Below the pieces are notes generated by a model that was given only the letters and a program-made list of their open reading frames with translations, ran no database searches and was not told the origin of the DNA. Shown here one piece after another: positions 24,187-33,777 of a stretch of 64,000 nucleotides of DNA (positions within the stretch are counted from its first letter, which is position 1; every line of letters starts with the position of its first letter). Origin of the DNA: an uncultured delta proteobacterium. Its GTDB lineage: Bacteria; Desulfobacterota; Binatia; UBA9968. Made by a program: the position numbers and the translations under genes. The stretch is taken from NCBI GenBank assembly GCA_963847445.1, contig CAWJZV010000015.1, forward strand, positions 250,761 through 314,760, read 5' to 3'.

Positions 24187-24927
24187 GTGAACGTCAAACT
24201 CACCGTCGAATATGACGGCACCAACTATCATGGTTGGCAGGTCCAGGCGAATTACCCGTCCATTCAAGCGGTTTTAGAGAAAGCGGTTTCGACGTTTCTC
24301 GGCGTGCCCACCCATATCAACGGCTCGGGACGCACCGATGCCGGTGTCCACGCGCTTGGCCAGGTGGCCAATTTTTTCACCGATAAACAATACCTGCCAT
24401 ACCGGATACTGCGCGGTCTCAATGCGCTAACGCCGAGAGACATCACTGTGAAGGATGTCGAAATCGTCGATGATTGTTTCGACGCCCGGCGCGACGGCCG
24501 AAGCCGGCTTTACGAATATCTGATTCTCAACCGCTCAACACCCTCGCCGTTCCACCACAATCGCGCCTGGCATATCCATGAGCCGTTGGATGTCGAAGCG
24601 ATGGCCAAGGCTGTCGAATGCTTGGTCGGCGAGCATGATTTCTCGTCGTTTCGCGCCGCCAATTGCGATGCGTCGCATCCGATTCGCACCGTTTACCAGA
24701 CCGGTCTCGAATACCGCGGCGAGATTCTGGTGTACAGCATCGAAGGCACGGCTTTTCTGCGCCATATGGTGCGCAACATCGTCGGCACCCTCGCCGACGT
24801 GGGCCGTGGCATCCGCACCGCCGAATCGTTCGCCGAGCTGCTCGATGCGCGCGACCGCACCCAGGCTGGTTACACCGCGCCGCCGGTGGGGTTGTATTTG
24901 GTGCAGGTCAAATACGACCCGACTTAA
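24187..24927 (+). CDS. truA: tRNA pseudouridine(38-40) synthase
   Basis: YDGTNYHGWQ, GRTDAGVHA, FLRHMVRNIVG. Confidence 0.98.
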   Translation: MNVKLTVEYDGTNYHGWQVQANYPSIQAVLEKAVSTFLGVPTHINGSGRTDAGVHALGQVANFFTDKQYLPYRILRGLNALTPRDITVKDVEIVDDCFDARRDGRSRLYEYLILNRSTPSPFHHNRAWHIHEPLDVEAMAKAVECLVGEHDFSSFRAANCDASHPIRTVYQTGLEYRGEILVYSIEGTAFLRHMVRNIVGTLADVGRGIRTAESFAELLDARDRTQAGYTAPPVGLYLVQVKYDPT

Positions 24928-24966
24928 TCGGTGCCTCATTCGCTCGTCGGCGCGCGTGGTTTTGCA

Positions 24967-24995
24967 TTGACACACCAGGGCGATTTACTTATACC
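24967..24995 (+). promoter_or_regulatory. Sigma70 promoter
   Basis: TTGACA-N17-TATACC upstream of 25039. Confidence 0.55.
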
Positions 24996-25038
24996 CAAAC
25001 GGTGCGATTTTGTTCGCTCATAGAGGAGGTGCCAGACC

Positions 25039-25950
25039 ATGATGCCCGAGCATGATAATTTTTACGACGTATATTCCAAGGCGAAAAAGCTCAAGATCAA
25101 ATGGCCCAACGGCGCGCGCCTGGCGATCGCGCTGGCGGGCAATTTGGAAGCGTGGACCGAGATCCCCAACGCCAAGCACCGGCGCACGCACCATGTCGGC
25201 GGCTCCAATCCGATCAAGGAAGACGACGTGGTGTCGCAGTACGACTGCCGAACGGCCAGTGAAAACGACTACGGCGGCCGCACCGGAGTGTGGCGGATTC
25301 TGCGCATCCTCGACAAGTACGGCGTCAAGGCGTCGTTCAACACCAACGCGCTGTGCATTCATCGCTATCCCGAAGCGGTGAAAGCCGTGCATGAGCGCGG
25401 CCATGAGATCGTCGGCCATTCCTACGCCGAAGACATTCAACTCACACAACTGACGGCGGAAGGAGGAGCGCGACGAGATCCGCACCTGCGCCAAGATGTT
25501 TGAGGAGTTCACCGGCGTGCGCCCACCGGTTGGCTGACCTCCGGCATGCGCCACACCGAACGGACTCTGGGCATTCTCGCCGACGAAGGTTTCGCCTGGC
25601 ATGGCGACGCGGTCAACGACGATAATCCTTATCCGGCTGTGGTTAACGGCAAAACCATGATCATCGTGCCGTACAAAAACGCCGTCAGCGGGTTGAACGA
25701 TACCGGCATGTACCGGCGCGGCATCACGGCGAGAGATGTTTTCAATTCGTTCAAGGACGAGTTCGATTTGCTTTATGAGGAGTCCGCGACGGACCCGAAG
25801 ATGTTGACCTTGGCGATGCACTGTCAGATGGCGTTTCCGGCGACGGGAAAAGTCTATGACGACTGCATCAAGTACGCCAAGTCGTTTCCCGATCTGTGGT
25901 TCGCCAAGCGGTGTGAGATTGTCGAGTGGGTGAAGAAGAACTGCATGTGA
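25039..25950 (+). CDS. Polysaccharide deacetylase (PuuE-like CE4) protein, two frameshifts ~25460 and ~25523
   Basis: WPNGARLA, DYGGRTGVWRIL, GHEIVGHS, DDNPY, FKDEFDLLYEE across ORFs 25039 and 25546. Confidence 0.85.
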
Positions 25951-25963
25951 GCTCAATGGGACT

Positions 25964-26027
25964 GTTTCGAGTCTTGGGTTACGAGTTTCGAGTTCAAACC
26001 GAAACCCGGAACGCGAAACCCGAAACT
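25964..26027. repeat. Inverted heptamer-array element (GTTTCGA x4 / CGAAACN x4)
   Basis: Left gtttcga gtcttgg gttacga gtttcga; right cgaaacc cggaacg cgaaacc cgaaact. Confidence 0.85.
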
Positions 26028-26039
26028 TGAGGAGCCTCC

Positions 26040-27423
26040 ATGTGCGACACAGCCGATGATGGCGTTGGGCTTAGTAGTTCAATTCCGCGGGAACTGCAGC
26101 TCCGTAACAAGGGACTGCGATCAGCCGATATTTCGCCGTTGATGCCGTTCGCACGGCAGCTTGCCAACTCGCGCGAGAACCGCGACAGCCATATCGGCTT
26201 TGTCGGTTACGACAAGACCAAGACGGGCAATAAAATTCTCATCGCCATCGACCGCGAGTACGATCTCGACGTGCCCCACGCCGTGGCGGCGGCGCTGCGC
26301 GAGAAGGGTGCCCATGTCGATTTGCTGGTCGCCGATATGGGCGAGCCCGATCGCGTGTTCGACTACACCGACGAAGTCGACGTGATCATGCGCCGCGAAC
26401 CGTGGGAGAACAAGCCGCGCCGTTGGGAAGGCATGCCTTACATCGAGCACTTCGCCCTGCGCGGCGGTTATGATTTGCTAATCCACGGCAAGGGCGGGCC
26501 GATTCCGCAAACCGAATTTCGCTACGAGCAGATTCCCTGGTTGCGCGCCGAGCATTTCTTGCAGCGCTCAACGACCTATCCTCTCGATTTACATCTGCTC
26601 ATCAACAAAAAAACTTGGGACCCGATCTGGGAGTACGGCCGCGGCGGCCGCGCGCGGCTGACCGATGCCGAAGGGACGGATATCTCTTGGACCTACTGGG
26701 ACGAATATTACGACGGCACGCGCTACGGATTCTCCTCGACGCCGCGCAACGGTCATCTGTTCGGCCATCCGGTGCCGCCGATCATCGCCAAGGAAGACGC
26801 CGCTGGCGTGGTGGCTGGGACGACGAGCCATTTCTCGAAAGCGTTTCCCCAGGTCAAAGTTGAGCTGGAGGGTGGTCAGGTCGTGAAAGTTCACGGCGGC
26901 GCGGCTTACGGTGACGCTTGGCGCACACTGCTCGACGAAAGTCGACATACCAAGTATCCCTGCTTTCCACGGCCCGGCCTGTTCTACCTTTGGGAAGTAG
27001 CCATCGGCACCAATCCGAAGATCATGCGGCCGAGCGGCATCGAAAAGCATTCCTCCGGCGGTTTCGAGTGGGAGCGGCGCCGCTCCGGCGTGATCCATAT
27101 GGGCTTCGGCACTCTGTGGCGCTCAGCCGAGGAGAAGTGGGCCGGCGAAAACGGCATTCTCTATGGCCATCTGCATATTCACTTGCTTTTCCCGACCTTC
27201 AACATCACCACCAAGAGCGGCAAGGAATACACCATTATCCGCAACGGCAGACTCACCGCGCTTGATGATCCCGAGGTGCGCAAGCTCGCCGAGAAATACG
27301 GCGATCCCGAGTGATCTCTTGAGAGAAGATTGGATTCCGCAGATTCCCGGAATTACGTCATCGGGATCGTACGAAGATTACGCTCGTAATCCGGGCAAGT
27401 GGATTTATGGGAAGAGTGCGTAA
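26040..27423 (+). CDS. Hypothetical metalloenzyme, distant M29 aminopeptidase/NicX-like fold; frameshift ~27310
   Basis: GTDISW, EVAIGTNPK, GVIHMGFG, GHLHIH motifs; tail DLLREDWIPQIPGI...GKSA* in next frame. Confidence 0.55.
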
Positions 27424-27653
27424 AATAGAAGTTGGCTGAGAATGTTTAGTTTGCCACGCGTGTCTCTGAGAGGTCCTAATATGATATGAGCGCGATCACG
27501 AGTTACGAACACGGAAAATATTTTAATGTGGTTCTGACGATTCCACTATCATGATCAATTCACCGTAATACCGCAGTTCAATCTCGCAACCCTACACGGC
27601 TCTTGAAGTCCCAGATAGCGACCGATATTATCCCGCCGAAGGAGAATTTCTCG

Positions 27654-29051
27654 ATGGCCGAACGGACTCTTTACGACAAGATTTGGCAGTCGCATACGGT
27701 GGGTATCCTGCCGACCGGCCAAACCCAGCTGTTTATCGGGTTACATTTAATTCATGAGATCACCACCGCGCCGGCGTTCGACATGCTGCGGGAAAAGGGC
27801 ATGGACGTGGCGTTTCGCGATCGCACCTTCGCGACCGTAGATCACATCGTTCCCACCGACATGCGCCAGCGGCCGTTTCTTGACAAAGAAGCGGAGGATC
27901 TCACCCAAGCGCTGGAAAGAAACGTCGCGCAGTTCGGCGTGGAATTCTTCGGCCTGGACAGCATGAACCAGGGCATCGTCCATGTCATCGGGCCGCAGTT
28001 GGGGCTCACACAGCCGGGCATGACGCTCGCCTGCGGTGATAGCCACACCAGCACCCATGGCGCTTTTGGCACCTTGGCCTTCGGTATCGGTACCAGCCAG
28101 GTGCGCGATGTATTGGCGACGCAGACTCTGGCGATGGACAAATTGAAAGTGCGCCGCATCAACATCAACGGCGCGCTCGGCACCGGCGTTTACGCCAAGG
28201 ACGTGACCCTGTACATCATCCGCCAATTGGGCGTGGGCGGCGGCAAAGGCTTCGCGTACGAGTACGGCGGCGCGGTCATCGACCGGATGAACATGGAAGA
28301 GCGCATGACCGTGTGCAACATGGCCATCGAAGGCGGCGCCTTGGTCGGTTACGTCAATCCGGACCAGACCACATTCGATTACATCAAGGGCCGGCCCCAT
28401 GCGCCCAAGGGCGAGGCGTTCGACAAGGCGGTGAAGTATTGGCAGTCGGTGGCTTCGGATGCCGACGCCAAGTATGACGACGTCGTGAATTACGAAGGTA
28501 AAGACATCGAGCCGACGGTGACCTGGGGCATCAATCCGGGCCAATCGGTGGGCGTCTCGGAAAATCTGCCGTTGCCGGACAAGTCGAGCGATCCCGAGAG
28601 CGCGAAAAAAGCCTACGAGCATATGGGCTGGACGCCGGGTGCGCCGATCATCGGCACGCCGGTGAACGTGGCGTTTATCGGCTCCTGCACCAACGGCCGG
28701 CTGGCGGATTTTCGCGCCGCGGCAAAGATCGCCAAGGGACGCAAGGTAAATCCCAATGTGCGCGCGCTGGTGGTGCCCGGTTCAGCCGAGGTGAAAAAAC
28801 TTGCCGAGGCGGAGGGCTTGGACAAGATTTTCGAAGAAGCGGGATTTCAGTGGCGCGAAGCCGGCTGTTCGATGTGCTTGGCGATGAATCCGGACAAGCT
28901 CAATGGCCGGGAAGTTTCCGCGTCGTCGTCCAATCGTAATTTCATCGGGCGGCAGGGAAGCCCTACGGGTCGCACGCTGCTGATGAGTCCGGCGATGGTG
29001 GCGGCGGCGGCGCTCAACGGCAAAGTCGTCGACGTGCGCCAGTACGAATGA
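27654..29051 (+). CDS. leuC: 3-isopropylmalate dehydratase large subunit
   Basis: [42 protein letters not shown]. Confidence 0.98.
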   Translation: MAERTLYDKIWQSHTVGILPTGQTQLFIGLHLIHEITTAPAFDMLREKGMDVAFRDRTFATVDHIVPTDMRQRPFLDKEAEDLTQALERNVAQFGVEFFGLDSMNQGIVHVIGPQLGLTQPGMTLACGDSHTSTHGAFGTLAFGIGTSQVRDVLATQTLAMDKLKVRRININGALGTGVYAKDVTLYIIRQLGVGGGKGFAYEYGGAVIDRMNMEERMTVCNMAIEGGALVGYVNPDQTTFDYIKGRPHAPKGEAFDKAVKYWQSVASDADAKYDDVVNYEGKDIEPTVTWGINPGQSVGVSENLPLPDKSSDPESAKKAYEHMGWTPGAPIIGTPVNVAFIGSCTNGRLADFRAAAKIAKGRKVNPNVRALVVPGSAEVKKLAEAEGLDKIFEEAGFQWREAGCSMCLAMNPDKLNGREVSASSSNRNFIGRQGSPTGRTLLMSPAMVAAAALNGKVVDVRQYE

Positions 29052-29060
29052 GAGAACGAG

Positions 29061-29159
29061 GTTCAAATCGTTCAAAAAGTTCAAGCCGTTTAAATCGTTC
29101 CGCGTCTGTAAACGGCTTGAACGGAGCGCAGCGGTTAAACGGTTTGAACGCACTTGAAC
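29061..29159. repeat. Inverted nonamer-array element (GTTCAANNC / GNNTTGAAC) between leuC and leuD
   Basis: gttcaaatc gttcaaaaa gttcaagcc gtttaaatc ... ggcttgaac ... ggtttgaac gcacttgaac. Confidence 0.88.
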
Positions 29160-29182
29160 TGATTTGGACCTACTGAGGAACC

Positions 29183-29797
29183 ATGAGCGAAATAGTCAAG
29201 ATCGTCAAAATCACCGGCACGGCGTTGCCGATGCGCGGCAACGAAATTGACACCGACCGGATCATTCCGGCGCGTTATTTAAAAGAAGTCAGCTTCGCGC
29301 GCATGGGCGACTATCCATTCTTCGACGAGCGTTATACTGGCGAGGGTAAGAAGAAAGACCATCCGTTCAACGATCCCGAGTATAGCGGCGCGTCGATCCT
29401 GTTCGTCAACAAGAACTTCGGCTGCGGTTCGTCCCGCGAGCACGCGCCCCAAGCGCTCAACCGTTTCGGTATCAAGGTCATCGTCGGCGAATCCTTTGCG
29501 GCGATCTTCGCGGGCAACTGCACCATGATGGGCGTGCCGACGGTGACGGCGAGCGAGAAAGACATCCAGCAGTTGATGAAAAGCGTCGAGGAAAATCCCA
29601 AGACCGAATACACCGTCGATATCGACAACAAGACCCTGACCTACGGCAAAGTGAAGATCGCTATCGATCTGCCCGATACCTACCGCACGGCGTTGACCAT
29701 GGGATCGTGGGACTCCACGGCGCTGTTGCGCGCCAACCTCGAGCAAGTCAAACAGACCGCCAAGAAACTGCCTTACATGAATAGCTTCGCCGGCTGA
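29183..29797 (+). CDS. leuD: 3-isopropylmalate dehydratase small subunit
   Basis: IDTDRIIPARYL, NFGCGSSREHAP. Confidence 0.98.
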   Translation: MSEIVKIVKITGTALPMRGNEIDTDRIIPARYLKEVSFARMGDYPFFDERYTGEGKKKDHPFNDPEYSGASILFVNKNFGCGSSREHAPQALNRFGIKVIVGESFAAIFAGNCTMMGVPTVTASEKDIQQLMKSVEENPKTEYTVDIDNKTLTYGKVKIAIDLPDTYRTALTMGSWDSTALLRANLEQVKQTAKKLPYMNSFAG

Positions 29798-29829
29798 AAC
29801 CCTTGTCATCAACTGGAGCGAGTCGAGGA

Positions 29830-30528
29830 ATGGCTGAACGGATCGTGTCCATGCATGCCGCGCACCGCAGCGGCAAGGAAGTCGTCGACGGTTTCTTGTC
29901 CCGGCCCACCGGCGCGGGCGAGCGCCCGGCGATCGTTTTGGTGCACGGCTACCGCGGTCTCGACGACGGCCAGCGGGCGGTGACGCGGCGTTTCGCGCAA
30001 GAGGGGTTTGTCTGCCTGTCGCCGGATCTTTTTCACGGCAAAACTTATCACACTCTCGAGGATTGCGCGCTTAAGAAGACTTCGCTCGATATTCCAACTG
30101 CTGTCAATAATATCGTCGACAGTGTGCCCTATCTGCGCAAGTTGCCCTGGGTCGGCAAGAAAAAAGTCGCCGTATTAGGCTTCTGCATGGGCGGCGGCTT
30201 GGCGCTCTATGCCTTGGCGCAGTCGAAGGCGTTTGACGCCGGGGTGATTTACTATCAAAGCATGTTTCCCGATCCAGAGGATCTGAAGAGTATTACGGCG
30301 CCGATGCTGTGTCACTACGGCACCGACGATCCCGGCACGACCCAGACCGAGATCGAAATGTTTCGCGACAGTCTGGAACGGCATAAGAAGAAATATCAAA
30401 TCGCGATGTATCCCGGCGCCGGCCACGCTTTTCTCAACAATCCGTCGAGTAAGAGCGCGGCCAACCACGATGCCGCCGATAAGTCGGTGGCCAGCACGGC
30501 GAAGTGGCTGAAGAAACTGCTGGCGTAA
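29830..30528 (+). CDS. Dienelactone hydrolase family protein
   Basis: GFCMGG nucleophile, YPGAGHAF. Confidence 0.93.
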   Translation: MAERIVSMHAAHRSGKEVVDGFLSRPTGAGERPAIVLVHGYRGLDDGQRAVTRRFAQEGFVCLSPDLFHGKTYHTLEDCALKKTSLDIPTAVNNIVDSVPYLRKLPWVGKKKVAVLGFCMGGGLALYALAQSKAFDAGVIYYQSMFPDPEDLKSITAPMLCHYGTDDPGTTQTEIEMFRDSLERHKKKYQIAMYPGAGHAFLNNPSSKSAANHDAADKSVASTAKWLKKLLA

Positions 30529-30552
30529 TTTCAAATTATTTCCTGGGAGGAT

Positions 30553-30861
30553 GTGATGGCGAACAAATGGGACGAGCGTAAGAAGGCCCAAGAAGACGAG
30601 TACTTCGTAAAAAAAGAAAAAGAACAGCTGGCGAAGCTAAAAGCCAAGCAGGAAGCGGAAGCAAAAGAGGTGGCGAAAAAGGCCGCCTCTATGCGCTGTC
30701 CGAAGTGCGGTGACACGCTCAAGGTGCGCAGCTTCCAGAAGGTCGAGATCGATCAGTGCAACGGCTGCGGCGGTATCTGGTTGGACGCCGGCGAGTTGGA
30801 GCAGGTTGCCGAGAAGGATGAAGGCAGCTGGCTGGGTCGGTTCTGGCAAAAAAACGGCTGA
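30553..30861 (+). CDS. zf-TFIIB zinc-ribbon protein with IF1-like N-terminal helix
   Basis: CPKC...CNGCGGIWLDAGELE zinc ribbon; N-terminus WDERKKAQEDEYFVKKEKEQLAKLK; GGGAGG RBS. Confidence 0.88.
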   Translation: MMANKWDERKKAQEDEYFVKKEKEQLAKLKAKQEAEAKEVAKKAASMRCPKCGDTLKVRSFQKVEIDQCNGCGGIWLDAGELEQVAEKDEGSWLGRFWQKNG

Positions 30862-30878
30862 GATGATTCTTGGCGGAA

Positions 30879-31005
30879 GATTCGGAATCGAAATGTTGGC
30901 CGCAAAGAACGCAAAGGACACAAAAAAATTATCACCGTGTAGGGCGGGTTTTAAACCCGCCCTCTTGGAGTATCTGTGCAGCGTCGTAGGGTGCTGCTGC
31001 GCACC
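30879..31005. repeat. Composite repeat: CGCAAAGAA tandem units plus GTAG-type REP hairpin(s)
   Basis: GCCGCAAAGAACGCAAAG, GTAGGGCGGGTTTTAAACCCGCCC (30939-30962), second GTAGGGTGC..GCACC (30986-31005); second copy at ~60095-60172. Confidence 0.8.
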
Positions 31006-31050
31006 GATTGGAATTCGCAGTCGAAATTTAGTTAGCTAAAGGAGGCGACA

Positions 31051-31610
31051 ATGAAAAGAATCGTAAGCTCTCTGTTGCTGGCATTGGCGATGATCTGGGT
31101 GCAAACAGCGGCTCGGGTATCGGCGCAGGAGGGCAAGATCGTGCCTTACGTGCCGACGCCTCAGGAAGTTGTCGACCGCATGCTCGAGTTGGCCCAGGTG
31201 AAGAAGGGCGATGTCGTCTACGATCTCGGATCGGGCGACGGACGCATTGTCGTCACGGCGGCGAAGAAGTACGGCGTCAAGGCGATCGGCTTCGAAATCG
31301 ATCCGGAGCGGATCAAAGAGTCCCATGAGAACATCAAGAAAGCCGGGGTTGAAAAACTGGTCGAAATCCGCCAGCAGGATATTCGCACGGTCGATCTGTC
31401 GGCGCCAACGTCTTGACGATGTATTTGTTGCCCGAGGTGAACTTGATGATCCGGCCGAATATCTGGAAGCAGATGAAGCCCGGCTCGCGCATCGTCTCCC
31501 ACGATTTCGATATGGGCGATTGGAAGCCGATGAAAACTGAACATATCAAAGACGGTTCGAGCTGGGATCACACTCTGTATCTCTGGCACGTCGAGGCAGC
31601 GAAGAAATAG
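31051..31610 (+). CDS. Class I SAM-dependent methyltransferase (FAM173/aKMT-like) with signal peptide; frameshift ~31403
   Basis: VPYVPTP, DLGSGDGRIV, GFEID; continues as TMYLLPEVN...KPGSRIVSHDF in ORF 31413. Confidence 0.88.
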
Positions 31611-31627
31611 TCCGGTTTGCGCAAACG

Positions 31628-32782
31628 ATGAGTATGCAACTGACAAGAGTTTTGTTTGGCGCGCTCGTGGCGCTCGGCTATTTGTCAAGTCTTGCTGCGG
31701 CGCAGATCAAGATCGGCGTCGCCGAAGCGTTGACCGGCAATGCCGCGCAGTACGGCGTGCCGATCCGCAAGGGGTTCGAGTTGGCGGTGAGCGAGATCAA
31801 CGGTAGCGGCGGTATCAATGGCAACAAGATCGAGCTCATTGTCGAAGACGAGCAGGGCAAAAAAGAAGAAGCGATCAACGTTTTCAAGAAGCTGATCTTT
31901 CAGGACAAAGTGTTGATGCTGTTCGGTCCGACGCTGTCCAATTCGGCGCAGGCCTCCGATCCGGTGGCGCAGGCAGCCAAGGTGGTGGTCTTCGGCACCT
32001 CGAATACCGCCGATGGCATCACTTCCATCGGCAATTACGTGTTTCGCAATTCGGTCACCGAGGCCGATATTTTGCCGGTGACCTTGAAGGTCGCGGCGCA
32101 GAAGACCGGCTTGAAAAAAGTCGCGGTGCTTTACGGCAACGACGATATTTTTACCAAGAGCGGTTACGATAATTTCAAAAAAGCACTGGAGACTCTTAAG
32201 ATCCCGGTGACCACCACCGAAACCTTCGCCAAGGGTGATGTCGATTTCAAGCCGCAGCTGACCAAGATCAAAGCCAGTAAGGCCGATGCGATCGTCCTGT
32301 CGGCGTTGGTTGCGGAAGGCGCGCCGGCGATGGTGCAAGCGCGCCAGCTGGGTATCACTCTGCCGTTGATCGGCGGCAACGGTATGAATTCGCCTAAGGT
32401 CTTCGATCTGGCCAAAGACAACTCCGACAACCTGTGGGTCGGCAGCCCCTGGTCCAGCGAGAATCCGGCGGCGGAGAACAAACGCTTCATCGCCGCTTAT
32501 CAGAAAGCGCACAGCGCGATGCCGGACCAGTTCGCCGCCCAAGCCTACGACGCCATGCATATCGTCGCCCAGGCGCTGAAGCAGGTGAAACTCACCGGCA
32601 AGCTCGAAGCCGATCGCAACGCGCTCCGCAACGCCTTGCCGGCGGTGCAGATCGCCGGCGCCACCGGACCCTTCAAGTTTCGCCAGGTCAAGGACAAGGA
32701 CGGCAAGCCGGCCGGTTACGACGCCGTGCAGACCGCCATCGTGATGATGACCAAGGGTAACCAATACGTGATTCAAAAATAA
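31628..32782 (+). CDS. Branched-chain amino acid ABC transporter substrate-binding protein
   Basis: ALTGNAAQYG, GGING, DFKPQLTKIK, AAQAYDA. Confidence 0.93.
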   Translation: MSMQLTRVLFGALVALGYLSSLAAAQIKIGVAEALTGNAAQYGVPIRKGFELAVSEINGSGGINGNKIELIVEDEQGKKEEAINVFKKLIFQDKVLMLFGPTLSNSAQASDPVAQAAKVVVFGTSNTADGITSIGNYVFRNSVTEADILPVTLKVAAQKTGLKKVAVLYGNDDIFTKSGYDNFKKALETLKIPVTTTETFAKGDVDFKPQLTKIKASKADAIVLSALVAEGAPAMVQARQLGITLPLIGGNGMNSPKVFDLAKDNSDNLWVGSPWSSENPAAENKRFIAAYQKAHSAMPDQFAAQAYDAMHIVAQALKQVKLTGKLEADRNALRNALPAVQIAGATGPFKFRQVKDKDGKPAGYDAVQTAIVMMTKGNQYVIQK

Positions 32783-32785
32783 CCG

Positions 32786-33668
32786 ATGCTCGCCCAGCAA
32801 TTCGTCAACGCGATCTCCCTGGGCGGTGTCTATGCGCTGTTCGCTCTCGGTTTCACCCTGATCTTCGGCGTCCTGAACGTCGTCAACCTCGCCCATGGTG
32901 CTATATTCATGCTTGGCGCTTACACGGCGCTGCAAGCGGTGGTGCTTTTCAAATTCCCTCTGGCTGCTGGCGATGGGCGCGGCGATCGTCGTCACCGGTG
33001 CCGCCGGCTGGTTGCTTGACCGCTTGATCTTCGCGCCGCTAAGAGCGCGCCAGGCGCCTCATTTGGCGCCGATGATCGCCACCATCGGTTTGGGGATTTC
33101 TCTCAACAGTACCATCCAGGGTATTTTCGGCGCCGAGAATTTGCGCTTCCCGGTGCATGGCTTGGCCGCTGAAAGTTTGCAGTTTGACGGCGTGCAAGTT
33201 ACCTGGCTGGAGATTCAGATAATTCTTCTGGCGTTCGTCCTCATGGCTGTCCTGCTATGGTGGCTCAAACACACGCGCATGGGTTGTGCCCTGCGCGCGT
33301 TGGCGGAGTCGCGCAAGGCGGCGGCGCTGTTGGGCATCGACGTCGAGGGGCTGTTTCGCGTGACTTCGGTCATCGCCGCGCTCCTGGGTGGCGTGGCCGG
33401 CGTCTTGATCGCGCTCTACACCAACGCGGTGTTTCCCCAGATGGGTCAACCGATGCTGCACAAAGGCATCGCGGTGGTCATCCTCGGCGGCATGGGCGAT
33501 ATCCGCGGCGCTCTGCTCGGCGGTTTCTTTCTTGGCTGTGCCGAGGTTTTTTCCGTGGCTTATATCGGCTCGACCATGCGTGACGCAGTCGCCTTCGGCC
33601 TGCTGTTCGCTATCCTGTTACTCCGACCCGAAGGCTTGTTCGGCAAAGCTGCGCAACGGCGCGCCTGA
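32786..33668 (+). CDS. livH: BCAA ABC permease (LivH-like), frameshift ~32958
   Basis: GVYALFALGFTLIFGVLNVVNLAHG; VILGGMGDIRGA; LRPEGLFG. Confidence 0.9.
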
Positions 33669-33686
33669 TCTGAACGCCCTACGGGG

Positions 33687-33714
33687 CGTCAAGGTTCAAG
33701 GTTCAAAGTTCAAA
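33687..33714. repeat. Tandem heptamer array (GTTCAAR) between livH and livM
   Basis: cgtcaag gttcaag gttcaaa gttcaaa. Confidence 0.7.
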
Positions 33715-33777
33715 TTCGGAGTGCAGAGTTCGTCAAGCTGCGATACGGAGTGTAATTAGTGACTTTAGCTCAACGAC

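Noticed and set aside
29061-29159. Possible CRISPR array from recurring GTTCAA/TTGAAC motifs
   Set aside because: Units are 9 nt and abutting, with no 25-45 nt spacers and no cas genes.
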